From contig NEEC01000007.1 of NCBI GenBank assembly GCA_002189035.1, positions 1,860,001 to 1,924,000 of the forward strand: a stretch of 64,000 nt of DNA, in the 5' to 3' direction. The notes under the pieces were generated by a model that was given only the letters and a program-made list of their open reading frames with translations, had not been told where the DNA came from and searched no databases. The position numbers and the translations under genes are program-made. Below are positions 34,301 through 47,249 of the stretch, one piece after another. Origin of the DNA: Utricularia gibba. Lineage: Eukaryota; Plantae; Magnoliophyta. Within the stretch, counting starts at the first letter, position 1. Each line of letters opens with the position of its first letter.

Positions 34301-37174
34301 TAAGACTCAACTCTTAAGTCACCTACGATAGAAAGAAGGACTTTCGCTCACAATTTTTTTCCCCTTAGAAAGATCAACTTCTGTTGCAGGACAATAACTT
34401 ATATTCAGAAGAGGGCACTGGAAGCAAAACAAGATGGCATCAGCAGTACAGCAAAAACTGAGTGCACTTAATTATCTTGCTCTTTGAAAAGAAGTACAGC
34501 ATACTGCAAAAAAAATGATACATGCAAAACTAAATCCTTTGCCTGTTCAAGTTTCGTATTTGGACTCCTGGATCCTGAAGATGATGCTGTCTTTGTCAAA
34601 AGACTGAGAGAAACCTCAACAACAGCAGCGGACTGGATGGATTTCAGAAACAGCAGTGTTTTACCAGAAATATAAAAAATAAAATCTTTCTTTAAAAAAT
34701 GAAAAAGCAGATTTTGGAAAAGTGCTACCTCCTGGTAGCCTATGGAAAGCCTTTTTGCATAGTCATAGGCAACATGCTGCTGTTCAGTCCCTTAGTTGAT
34801 CGAAATATACAGAAAAACAATAAAATCACAGGCATACTTTGGAGAAGCTCTACTTCCTCAGAATTAGGTGAAAGCCATTTGGAATATTCTTCATATAAAT
34901 GTGATGTCCATACCTGTAACTGCATCATGGTGTTGCAAAATTGCCATAGCATCAGCCAAAGAATCAGTTGTAGGTCCTGATATCTTCCTTCCAACAAAAA
35001 ACTCCAGCTGCCTAGCTGCCTATCGAAGCATATAACCACTATTTTAAGTTTACTTAGTTTCAAACCAGGAATGAATGTTCATGGTCAAATAAAGATGCGG
35101 AGGTTTTAATGGTGCACACTAACCAAATAGTAGGCACTCATGACTCTAACATAACGTTTGAGAGCTGGTCTACTTGTAAAGTATCCAGTCCAATAAGCAT
35201 TTACGCGGTCAGCATATCTGAAATAATGGTTTCCCAAGTTATCATGCCAGGCTGATGCCTTCTTATTTCTATCAAGCAGCGGCTAGCATTAATTTGAGAG
35301 CTCACGGGAAAAAGTCATCAGTTTTAAGGGGCCAGGACTCATTTAGTGCATATTTTGTATCAGTATAAAATGATGGTGTTGAGTACAGAGCATTGACTCG
35401 TCCATCCTGAAATTAGAGTAAAAAGCATCCATATGCTAAAACAAGTACAAAAAAACTGCACAAAGACTTATCTGCGTGTATTCTTGAGATGTCGCATCTT
35501 ACCAAGTTTACATAGTGTATGAGCTTATCCATATTTCTAAACCAAGAGTTTGCATATTGATATTTGAAATCAGTTCCCATGGTCCACATAACATGATTCG
35601 ACCGGGTAACATTAGCCTGGTACAAATAATCAAGAAGGTTAGCCAGATGCTTAGTGCAAATGATGATTTCCTCAAAATGTGCACTTATACGAAAAGTTAA
35701 CCTGAGCGATGGCAGCAGCTACGAAATCATTGACACGGTCATAGACGTTGTAATCAAATAGATCAATATTATCCTTCAACGGAACATAGAAAAGTTCAAT
35801 AACATAGAAAGATCTAGAATCCCAATAAGCTTTCAACGGCAAGTACCTGAACAACAGGGGATTTTTCATTGACTTCAAAGTTAAAACTATCAGGTGGTTC
35901 ATAGTTCCCCGCATGGAAAGCCCCAGAAAATATCTGAAGTAAAAATCCACATTGAGTTATTTTTTGAGGAAATGCGACATACCGATGACTAAAAACCATG
36001 AAAGCTGCAGTTAAAACTCTGCAACTTGGGAATAACCTGAGATGAAGAACCTAGAGACTTGGATCCCTGCCAAATAACCTCAAGCTTCTTTTCGCTCTTC
36101 CTTTTTGCTCTATCTTGGTAATCAATACGAGCAAAATACAGAGCATCAAACCCAACCTTAAACAAAAAAAAAACCTTCATTTAGGATATGTACATTCTGA
36201 GAAAAATTTATTAGCAGTTGACGCAGGTCACACAGTATGATGCATTGATCGCATTAAAGGGTTTGCGTTCAGAAAAGTACCTCAGCTCCTAGAAGATAAG
36301 CCTGAACAGCTGAATGCCCAAAAGGGTCAATTTGCCACCCAATTCTAGGAGTCACACTGAATTCCTCTTTCAGAAATCGATGGCCTAAAGTTGTTTGGTC
36401 AATCATGTCTATGTAATGCACTGCTGCCTCGTCATGCATGCACATACCACCATTTCTGCATATACAATTTGAAAACAAATGAAACGCAATGTGAAAGGTT
36501 ACTTGCACATTTAGCTCACGGGAAAAAAGAAAGAATTTAGTACATGAACTCGAGTTGACCGGTGTTTACTAGTGTTCTCACTACACTTTTTGTATCATCA
36601 CTCTGGTCATTCCACCAACGCTGAAAAAATGCCTTCAACATATGAAAACCAGAAGCAAATTAGCATCATTCGTATTACTTAAATAGCAACCAAACGAAAC
36701 TACTATAAGGATGGAAATATTCACCATTTCAACATAGACAAATTTTCGGCTTTTGTCAGCTAATAATGCGGGTATCAGCGAGTCCAGAACATTCTGCACA
36801 CATGCTCCCTGCACAAATTCCTCATACCTTGAATTCAAAGACAATTCTAAAAGGTTTGAATCCCTTATCACACACATTGTAGTCACAAAAACCGGAAAAC
36901 TACAGCGTAGACTACACACAAAAAATGAGCTATCAGAGACATACTCTTTGTGAAAATGAGACATATGAATAAGTACCTGAATCGAATTATTCAGCCCAGC
37001 ATAATACTGATCAACGGTCTTCAACCATCCAACATCATCGTGCGTATGGGGGACCAAATGCACATTAATCTTCCCAGAGACAATACCTTGAGAAGTGTTG
37101 TAAACCATATACTTCCCCTCCACCAAAACACATAATGCACAGACGATCCATGAAAAAACCCACAACCCCATCAT
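31301..37174 (-). CDS. GH38 alpha-mannosidase, copy B; two apparent frameshifts (33935-33937 and 31499-31503), so either a young pseudogene or a consensus error
   Basis: Same exon structure and catalytic motifs as copy A. The frame breaks at GATACTACTACCCAATT and at a C5 run where copy A has C6. Confidence 0.85.
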
Positions 37175-37714
37175 CGCCGCAGCTACACCTTGCTGGAGCT
37201 TCTCCACTAAATCCCCAGCTCGAGTAGAACCCGCAACTCAAATCGAAATGCCGACGAAGACACTGCACTGTGCTGTCACTTCCATCCCCAACAAACTGAT
37301 CATGGATAAACCAGAACCGTCTCCAGTGCGTTAAAACTTTTTCACTTTAAGCCACTTTACAGAGGGTAACATGATAAATGGATTGAATTGGGCCATCCCT
37401 GGATTTTGATCCTTATCGGGGTTGCCTATGGGGAGCACCGTGCTTGGACCACCCCGCCCACCATAGCCATGGATAAGGGACCTCATTCACATGGGCGAGC
37501 AACACAAAGTTTCAGGTGGGCCGTTCTTACATCCACTTTACACGCTTGCCCATCAAAACAAAAAAGAAACCATCCCTCTGCTTTAAAATCCGATCACAAC
37601 ATCAAACAGATCAACTTCAGGTTTGAAACCTGATGAAATCTGAGTTTGACCGATCAAGGTATGCATTATTTTACTCTGAAACACAGAGTTGGGTGTTGTG
37701 GTTATTTCAAAAAA

Positions 37715-38290
37715 GGTCAAATTTCATTAAAACTATTAAACTTATGTTCCGTTTTTAATTTTGGCATCAAAATTTTTTTTGTTTCATTAAAACAATTAAA
37801 CATATCAAAATCGTTTCATTTTAAAAATAAACATATAAAATTCATTTTTTATTTATGTAAACTGATATTTGCATGGATTTAATTAAAGTATAATTCAATC
37901 TAATAAAACATTTCATTAAATTCATCAAAAATTAATACAAAAATTGATTTTTTTTGTCTTTGATTACAAATAAAATAGTTTTTACATTGTTAATAATTTT
38001 CGTATAATGATTTAATTATACTTAAGTTTTTTAATGAATAAATTTTTTATGATGAAAATGAAATTGTATGTATATTAAATGTATTTAGTGAAATTTTATA
38101 TTAAATCAGATTATATTTTCATTAAATCAGATTTATCATTGTTTTATTCAATTACAAAAAATCAATTTTTATATTTACATTTGAAATGAAAAGTTTTTTA
38201 TATGTTTAATGGTTATACCGAAACAAAAAAAACTTTGATGCCAAAATTGAAAACGTACTATAAATTTAATGACTTTAATGAAATTTTCCC
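37715..38290. mobile_element. Non-autonomous MULE-type foldback element, 576 bp, ~150-bp TIRs, 10-bp TSD TTTCAAAAAA
   Basis: TSD at 37705-37714 and 38291-38300. Ends GGTCAAATTTCATTAAA and (reverse complement) GGGAAAATTTCATTAAA; shared core AATTTTGGCATCAAA.TTTTTTTTGTTTC. Confidence 0.85.
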
Positions 38291-38364
38291 TTTCAAAAAA
38301 TACCATTCATAGGCTTATTATGTGAATTAAAAACTAAGAATCACATTTTACTTTTATGATGGTG

Positions 38365-39473
38365 TCATGAGTCAGCATCGTCGACCCAATCGAAGAGCTG
38401 GTCGTCTACTCCATAGCCAAGCATCCGAGCCATGTCCTTCACCCTCACTCTCGGCCTGGGCACCCCGTGCTCCTTCAGCCACGAGTACGCCACAAACGCC
38501 TTCCCCACCACGAACAGCTCCAGCGCCTCCGGGTTGAACACGATCCCCTTCCTCAGGCTCATCTTCCATGTTTCAAAGAAAGAAGAAGAGAAATTTTAAC
38601 TAGAAAAGATAAGTTTATTTTTTATTTCTTTATTATTTAAACACTCTATAAAGCATTTATTTTTCGGAATGATAGTCGAATTGTTTAATTAAATAATAAA
38701 CTCGCTCACAAGGTAATAAATATAAATAATTTCGAAATAATAAATGATCAACGATTTGTGGGAAAGGTACGGGTAGTGTGTTTTTACCTGGTGAGGTACG
38801 AGCATGGCAGCGTAGCGTACAAGCTCCCCTGCTCTCCAATCCAAAACCACCGGCAGCCAGGGATACAGAGAATCCAGCCTCACAAACCATAGCCTTACGT
38901 CGGGGTACTCCGACAACTCCCGTGGATCACGCTCGTCTTCTCTCCGGTACTCGATCCTGAACCCAATCGTCCGGTCCAGGAACTCCTTAGCTTTCACTGC
39001 GATTACACGCATTTCTTCAACAATAGCGCACTTGTGGTTGTTGCACTTACTGAAAAAACGGACCTGATTGAGGCGAGGAGGTTATCCCCGTCGCGGTGTG
39101 GAACGGGGACAGGTCGAGGCGGGAGATGATCTCGTTATCGATGAGGACTTCGTATCGGCCTGGCGTCGGAGGCATAGGAGAGGGAGGTTCTAGTTGCAGA
39201 TTGGAGATGGAGAATTAGCGGAAGAAAATTGGAGCCTGAATTGGATCGACTCTGCGCGGGCGAAGACTCACCTGCATCGTCAATGTCGAATGAAAAGGGA
39301 TCCGCGGCGTCGGAGAAGGCGAATTGACCTTGGGGTTGCTGTGTGCAGCAGCAGCTGGTGAAAGTAGAACGGGGCTCCAGCTTGGGGTCTGAGGGAACAC
39401 AGAAATGGCGCCTTGGTGATTGTTGTGGAGACAGGGGAAGATAGGCGAACGTTGGCCCTATGGATGCCGCCAT
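38365..39473 (-). CDS. CRR6: Chlororespiratory reduction 6 (NDH assembly factor), 4 exons
   Basis: MPPTPGRYEVLIDN, LDRTIGF, DPRELSEYPDVRLWFVRLD..YPWLP..LDWRAGEL.RYAAMLVPHQ, VFNPEALELFV, MARMLGYG. Confidence 0.9.
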
Positions 39474-40087
39474 TGGCAGTGTGTGGATGGATGCGTTCAC
39501 CGTCTTATTTATATGAAGACTATGTATAAATTTGATTGAAAATATATCAAAATTATTTTTAATATTAATATATTCTATATATTACATCATTATTCTGTAA
39601 TATATAAAATCATCATACAAACTATTTTTCATCTCATTATATTATGATTACATTGTGCTTCAAAAATTTATTGATTTCGACCCTAATCCAAAGAAAGGTA
39701 TAAATACTTCAGATAGATCCCACATAAATTATGGACAAAGTAAAAAAAACAGAGTATATAAAAAGATCTTAAATTTTACATGAGAATTTTTTATCAAGAG
39801 AAAAGAATATAAAATCTTAAGAATTAAATATTTAAAATAGATAATATTATGTAAAGAAAAAATTCTTTAGAATAATTGTTTGTTACAAAATTTGAAGTTG
39901 CATGTCTAATTATTTCGAATGTAGAATCCAATAACGTATCATTTCACTCACATTATTACATGATTTTTTTATTACAAGGCAGGCAGGCACATGAAGAATG
40001 CCTTTTACACCTCTCCCACAAAACACTAATCCACCCCCATGATTGAATGGTACAAGAAACATTTACAAACTCAAGCCACAGCAACCC

Positions 40088-42561
40088 CTAGTGCATGAGC
40101 CTGCGGCTCAGAAGGCCTTGCACAGACCCTACCACAGCCACAAGGGTGAAGATGAAGCTGAATGTTTTAAGAGCTTGAACCAGTATCCACAGCCATGTCC
40201 ATCTCCTGATCTTGTGCTGTGAAAGGTACATTTCCAAGGGAAAGTATATCATCAGCGGCCAAAAGTTGAGGGCTCCCAGAAGTCCCAAAACTTCGTTGAA
40301 GTAGGGGAACAAGACTGCCATTGCAGTTGTGGATGCGACGTATGCAGATCGAAAGCAGAGTCGAAGAAGATTCAACCTTACATGGTGAGCCATGAGGGGG
40401 ATCTTAATTTCAAACTCCTTTGTGATGAACCCACTATCAGGATGCTTCTCTGTGATGTATCTTTCGAATAATGCGAATAAAGGCTGACTGTAGATCTGCA
40501 TAGAATGGGAGCACATTCACAATGATGTGGAAAAAAGGTTGATGGTTGAGAGTTTACCTGGTAGCCACCAACAAGATGAGTGATGATACATGCGTTTGCG
40601 ATGTCAATGAGCCAGTAAGGTTCGTAAAATCCAAAGCCAGTTAAGAGATTTCCAGGGGCTTGATCGCCGAAGGCAGCATAGCCAAAACATCCACATGAGA
40701 GAAATAGTATGCTGGTAATGAGTATGGATATCGCTGAAGCCTTCTTCATTGTCTTGTTTTCTGGAGGGGGAGACTTGAGAGTGTCCTTCATTTTGAAAAT
40801 TTTTGAGGCTCAGTCTCAGATGTTACTACAGAAAAGAGCACAAAAAACAGATGGCAGAATGTCCATTGCCTACCTGAATATCCAACAGAATTACGTTGTA
40901 ATTGAAGGCAAAAGCTATGTCTCCAAGGGCCTGAGATGAGAGCCAAACTTTTTCAATGATATTGCTTGTTGATACTCCGGTAGCACTACCCTTAATTTCT
41001 CCTGATTCTGTTGGGGCAAACACTGTTCGTTAACAAAAACTATACCAGAAACTGGAAAACAAAAATGAAAAGTGGATCGTAATCTAGCAGCAGGTTTTAT
41101 ACCAGCAGTAAGGAATATGATAAATTTTTGTAATGAAAAAGCAATAAACATCACTGAGTGACGCATGAAAAAAACTCAGTCAACTAGTAAAAGCCCTATT
41201 GCAGCAACAGGAAAAGCTGATAATATACTGAAGCATACCTATGACTTTTGCAAAGCCAAGAGCAAGACCAACTATACTGTAAATAAAGGACATCATGGCA
41301 GCAATTATCGATAGCCATTCCATGTTATGGAAGTCGGGAATTTGAGAAAAAAATAACTGTACAGCTCCGAATATAAGCATGAATACAATGTCCCCATACT
41401 CGCACGGAGCATTGTGCCCCTCCTTGTGGTAACAGTTTGATTTTAAAATGGCCCTGTGAAAAAACATGTTAGTGGATTAAAGCTGTAATCTGAATGTCAA
41501 TGCCTAAACTGAAACATAACTAGGAGAATCTTAGTTTCTTTTCTGTACTGCACAATTCAAACAGTTACAGAAGAAAGTACAAGGTTTGGAGAACATAAGA
41601 CCTTGTATCGGAAAGGTAGAAGAAGACATAGAAAAGCTCCAGAAGTGGTGATAAGAACTCTTAAAATGTATATAGTCAAATGCTGAAGAAGTTGATTAGA
41701 TATAACTTCAACAAAATATAAGAAAACCACATCAAAAACACTTGACAAGTTCTTTTTCCCTTTTAAACAAAAGGCACTGGAATAATGACTACGGATCAGA
41801 AAAGAGCTTCTAGAAGCCAAAAGTGGGAAGAGTTTACAGTGAAGTACCTCATGCTGATTGCTGATGTTATAGTATATGCAATCCCAAAACCATAATAACT
41901 TACTTGGAGAAACACTCCGGCTACCCACATACTTGACTTCCCTGAGAATAAGCAGTTCCCCAAATAACTCAAAAAATCCAACATGCATCTAAGAATATAA
42001 TGGAACAGTTTTCACAAAGTGTCCTCGTCGAGTAGAAAATGCATTCTGTAATCTCATGAGTTGCCATAAGTGGTAATTAAAGGTTTTACCTAGGTAAGCC
42101 ATCACAGCATCCGTATAAGACTTGTTTCTGATGTGTCCCACTTCAGCATCAGGATATCTGTAGCAATCACAAACAAGATTGGAAACAACCAAAGTGACTG
42201 TTCCAAATACCATCATAGACAGAGGCCCTGCAACCCAACCAAGCTGAGCCACACTCCATGCGAGTGAAAGCACCCCGAGCCAATAACTCCAGTTATTATA
42301 TGGGCAACTGCTGTCCATAAAGTCCCTTCATTTTTAAACGTATTCGAAACAGCAATGAAGTCAGTTTTCTTCCAAAAAAACATGCCTTTCTCATTGAGAG
42401 TAGGGAAAAAACAATATTTTGTTTAGATGGGAAACGGGGGAAAGCTGCAGGAAAAAATAATCACCAGTTCTTGTGACATCTTCATTATACCCAGATGATG
42501 AAGAGGGTAAATCAGAGAGCAGAGGATGGCTGTTGCCCTCCTCATCGCGAACTTCAACCAT
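40088..42561 (-). CDS. Amino acid permease (AAP family), 7 exons; one apparent -1 frameshift at 42273-42276
   Basis: GTLWTAVAHIITGVIGS/GVLSLAWSVAQLGW, SQIPDFHNMEWLS, QALGDIAFA, DTLKSPPPENKTMKKA, GFGFYEPYWLIDIAN, LGALNFWPL. Confidence 0.88.
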
Positions 42562-43042
42562 GATAAAACACCTAGTTCCCCAGAAAAAGGTGTTGCTCAC
42601 TACTTAGCAAAGAAAACAGTAGACTTCATTGGCAGAAACCTCTCCAGCTTACACAAAATAATTCCCCTTTCACACCAATAGAGGAACCACGCATGAACTA
42701 TGAAGTTTCGAAGGCAAACATCTCTAAAAAGGATTGCAATCCAATTTCGCACAAGACGCCGCCAACATATCCAGATTGATGACCACTGATGTTGATTGAA
42801 AGGGATTGAATCATTTTTCCAGACACAGCATCCAACGCGAGCGACAAAGGATTGAGTTGATGAGAGTGCAACCGAGAGCCATACGTGTCAATATCAGTGA
42901 AATTGCTAAAAATATATATTAAAAAAAACACGCAAGATGAAAGTCAAAAAACGCGCGAGAAGTCACATTTTGGGCCTGAGTTCCTTGGATTGGACCATCG
43001 GGCTCAGATCCGAAGCCGTTGCCTGAGCGGACACGAACGGAG

Positions 43043-44540
43043 ATGTCGAGAACTCTTCCGAAGAGAATAATTCTTGTTCGACACGGTGAGAGCGCCGGCA
43101 ACATTGACGACGCTGCGTACAACACCATCCCCGACAACAAGATCCCCTTGACGCAGCTCGGTATCGATCAAGCCAAGGAGGCTGGAACTCGGATCTGCAA
43201 TGTTGTCTCCCAAGGCGGCCCTTCTTCCAGCTGGAAGGTCTACTTCTACGTATCCCCTTATCTCAGGACTCGTTCCACGCTCCGAGAAATCGGAAAAGCT
43301 TTCCCGAAGAAAAGAGTGATCGGTGCTCGGGAAGAATGTCGAGTCAGAGAACAGGATTTCGGGAATTTTCAGGTTGCGGAGAGGATGAAGGCTATTAAGG
43401 AGACCAGGGAGAGGTTTGGTAGATTCTTTTACCGGTTTCCGGAGGGAGAATCTGCCGCGGATGTTTATGACCGCGTATCCAGTACGTTTTCTTACACACT
43501 TCTTGATTTCATAATTTGAGAGCCATGAGACTAGGCAGTGGTTGTATAAAGAATTGTGCTTCTTTAGGCTGTTTGGACTTGAAAGTTTTCTAATTTTGAA
43601 TTGCGTTTGTTAGGCAGTTTCACTGTCAAGCTGAGTATACTGATCTTGTGGTGCTAGTGTCTATTTGGTAGTCCCAATCCTGGATAAAATGTGCCTGTTT
43701 AAGCCCTGAATTGTGCTTGTTCAGGCTTTCTAAATCTGAAAGTAGTAGTGTGCATTTCTGAATTGTGTTGTTTTTTTTGGGCATTTTGAGCTTGAATCTA
43801 GCACTGTAATGAACTTTAATGTAACCCTGAATTCTGCATTTGGAGCTTGAAACTAGTAGTGTAAAACCTTTGGGTGTTCATTTGTCAGCCCAAATTCCGA
43901 GTTGTGCTTGTGTAGGCATTTTAATCTTGAATCTAGTTGAGCTTGTCCTGGCATCCTTACCATGAAACTGGTAGTGCGATTAACTTTTTAACTGGCACTC
44001 ATTCATTCCTAATTCTAAATGGTGCTTTCCCTTGAACCCAATCTTCAGCATGCAACTTGTGGTATCATGCATCTAATGATGTCATCTGAAGTTGATCTGA
44101 TGTTCATGTTGGTTGCAAGTGCAGGCTTTTTGGAATCCCTGTGGAGGGACATAGACATGAACAGGCTAAACCATGGGCAATCAGAAGACATCAATCTCGT
44201 CATCATATCACATGGGCTTGCAATTCGTGTTTTTATGATGAAATGGTTTAAATGGACGGTGGAGCAGTTTGAGATTCTCAACAACGTTGGTAACTGTGAG
44301 TTTAGAGTCATGGAGCTGTGCCCCGGCGGAGACTACAGTCTAGCAGTGCACCACTCCAATCAAGAAATGGAGGAATGGGGTCTCACCCCTGACATGATCG
44401 CCGATCAGCACTCCCGTGCTCAGGCGACGAGAGACGAGGACTGGAGCGAAAGGCACCTCGGTGCATACTTCGACCAATTTGCAGACTCCTCTTCTGAAGA
44501 TGGAGATGCCCCTCTCCCACCCAATGGCCTTCAACAGTAG
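43043..44540 (+). CDS. Phosphoglycerate mutase-like (histidine phosphatase, AT74-like) protein, 2 exons
   Basis: LPKRIILVRHGES, FYVSPY.RTRST, REQDFGNFQ, FPEGESAADVYDRVS, IISHGLAIRVFMMKWF. Confidence 0.9.
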
Positions 44541-44724
44541 GCAATGCAACAGGGCAGGCCAGTCTGCGTATAGAACATGCTACCACTCTGTTGATTCATT
44601 CTTGAGTTTTGATTCAGCGTCAGTATATGTGACTTCACAAAGTTCCGAAATTTGATGACAATGCAGTTGCAGTGATGAAGTAAATTTCAGTGAAGGTGAG
44701 TGAGCCGAATGAACTAACTTTCAT

Positions 44725-47249
44725 CTAGATATTGCTTTCATGAAACGATTCAACGAGGAGAAGACGCTTGCAGCTTGATCGAGCAACGATGTCTGGTTCT
44801 CCGCTTTGTCTTGCCCTGTGAAAATTATCTGCAAAAAAGATGGACAATACTGAGAACACAAAGAGGGATTCGTGTGGCATATTTGTGGCTGTAAATGTGG
44901 ACCAGAACCTCAAGTTCCTCCGGATCAGGACGTCGGATGAACTCCTTGGCGAGAAGATACCTGTTTGGCCGCTCCTTATCATCGTAAAAGACCTTCCATA
45001 ATCTGAACATGGAAGAACAGAATCAACACCACAACTAAGAAAATGTAGCAGTCATGAATATAATATGCTCATCCTAGATTTTGAACACCAATTCAATGAG
45101 TGTCGCTGCTAGATATCGTATCAAAAACATCATATACTTGAGAGAAAAATTAACAGTGACGATGAGGAAGCCGGGTGCAGTGGAATTAGTTCCTAAGAAT
45201 TGGCATGTATCGAAAATCGAAGTAGTTGGCTTACCCTGGGTAGCATCGAAACACAGCACCAGACGCAAGAGGCTTCATGGAGTAGACAGTGGTGAATGTG
45301 CTGTATTTCATGGGAAACCATCAGAGATGAGAGAAACGAATTGCCAAAAGGCAGGCATCATTTTTAGGAGAATGACATATAAATCAATTAAATGACGATT
45401 TTTGATTGGTCCCTCCAGCCGTATATATTCAAGGAAATTATAATCATGCAGGAAAGTGGAAACTCAAACCACAAAAATATGTGTTACCATACAATAATGT
45501 ATGAGTACCTCAGGAAATCTCGGCGTAATCTGCGCACATTAATGCCAACTCCAACATCCTCGCTGACAAGGCATGGATTCCACATGATAAGAGGCCTAGG
45601 CTGTCAACATTACCTAATATTATTTCAATGAACTGTCTGAGATGCTTCTGATTTGAGTATTTGAACTGTTTATAGGACAGCAAACAATGGTTTCGTGCAT
45701 CGTAATAACAACTACTAGCAGCCTAATGATCATCCAAGGCAAAATTTCTCTAAGCAGCATAACTAGGAAATAGAAGATTGTTTTGGGTGGCATGAAATGC
45801 GAAACTGAGTACATTGCACAATCCCAAAGCTGATATTCCTGTAACTAGGGCAGGATTCATGATTGATATGTAACAATACCGGATCATCTGATAGGTCAGA
45901 TGCAATTTTTTCAACATATTCCAACATCTGATAGTCAGGAACAACCATCACAATAATTTCATCTTCACTGCTGATGGGCTTGCGGTCACCAAGACTGAGA
46001 AAGCAAAAGTAATTTATTATGGTCTATCCTGTAAGAGACCAATTCCAAAATCCCTACCCAATCATGTAAAAGATACTAATGTCCAACAGGCATGGACTTC
46101 CTGAGAAATAATTTCATTCATAGCAGTATCTGAGGAACTTAAACCTAATCTTTGAATTAGGGTCATTTGAGGGACAGATAATGACAGGAAAAAAGTACAA
46201 GCACATTGATCCAAAGACTATGGAAACTCATGCTAAACATTTTATTGTAACTGACATTACTAATTGAATCACTAAGATGAGTTACCTCGAGAAGCTAAAT
46301 GCTGCATCTTTCCATTGGTATTTTAGCATTGCAGCAGCACCAGCATCAGGAAATATCGCTTTGACTCTCTGCAGAAAGGATACATTTTCATTTTAAAAGA
46401 CATCAGGAGACTCAAGTAAAGGTAGCACAGGTTCGGACAAGAAACATGAAATCGGATGGCATAAAGACAGTTTCATCAAATGCACTTGAACCACAAGTGT
46501 ACACACCTGAGCTCTTAGTCTATCAACAAAACGCTAGAAAAAGGTAAACATCACTTATCAACCTGGCCGCTTGTTTCTGAGATAATCGTGTCCAAGAAAA
46601 TCCTTGACGTCTCCCAAAGCTCACCTTGTGCGCCTTCATCATCCAGAAACTTCAACTGTGGAATTAGAAGCTCCACCTAAATGCACAGATACCCTATAAT
46701 GAAAATTCTGCAGTTTTCATGCCCCATCATTGACAGCATTGCAAAAAAAATAGTCTAGAACAAAATAAAAACATAAATATTAGGAATGACAATGGTCACT
46801 TTATTAAGATTTGGTGCATAGTGCATACTATGGCCCTCATTCCTCCAGAAGAAACGAACTCCGCGGTCGCTTGCGCCGATTGGCGAACTGCACCTTCCAA
46901 ATCAGAAGGCAGGCAGCTGAATTTGCAAAAATCTAATAGTTATAGGGGCTGGCTTCAGATTCTCTCATGTAATAAATGAATAATCTTGGAGTAGTACTAC
47001 ATCTCACCTGTCATCCTCCTCCTGAGGTGTGTCTTCCTCCTCTCCATTCTCATCTACGAAACTTTGTGAGGATTGAAATTTCTCAAACTTCGCATAAACT
47101 CTTGATGAAACAACTCCAGGAGCCGTTAAGGTTCGGAAGCAGGCACGGTGCGGCACAGCCGGGATGGAATGACACGATCCTAGAGAAAAATAGGCGGTGC
47201 ATCGCGGCGGGATACGGAGAATCGGAGAATACGTGGCCATGGCGGCCAT
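44725..47249 (-). CDS. LPA3: LOW PSII ACCUMULATION 3 homolog (DUF1995), 9 exons, with transit peptide
   Basis: LPSDLEGAVRQS, VELLIPQL.FLDDEGAQ.ELWE, VKAIFPDAGAAA, MVVPDYQMLEYVEKIA, PLIMWNP, GAVFRCYPG.WKVFYD. Confidence 0.85.

Noticed and set aside
31301-37174. Calling mannosidase B a definite pseudogene
   Set aside because: Both lesions sit in C/G runs and there are no nonsense codons or lost catalytic motifs; a consensus error is equally plausible.
42770-42905. Possible C/D snoRNA (TGATGA boxes) between AAP and AT74
   Set aside because: No properly placed terminal CTGA or terminal stem; better explained as leader or promoter DNA.
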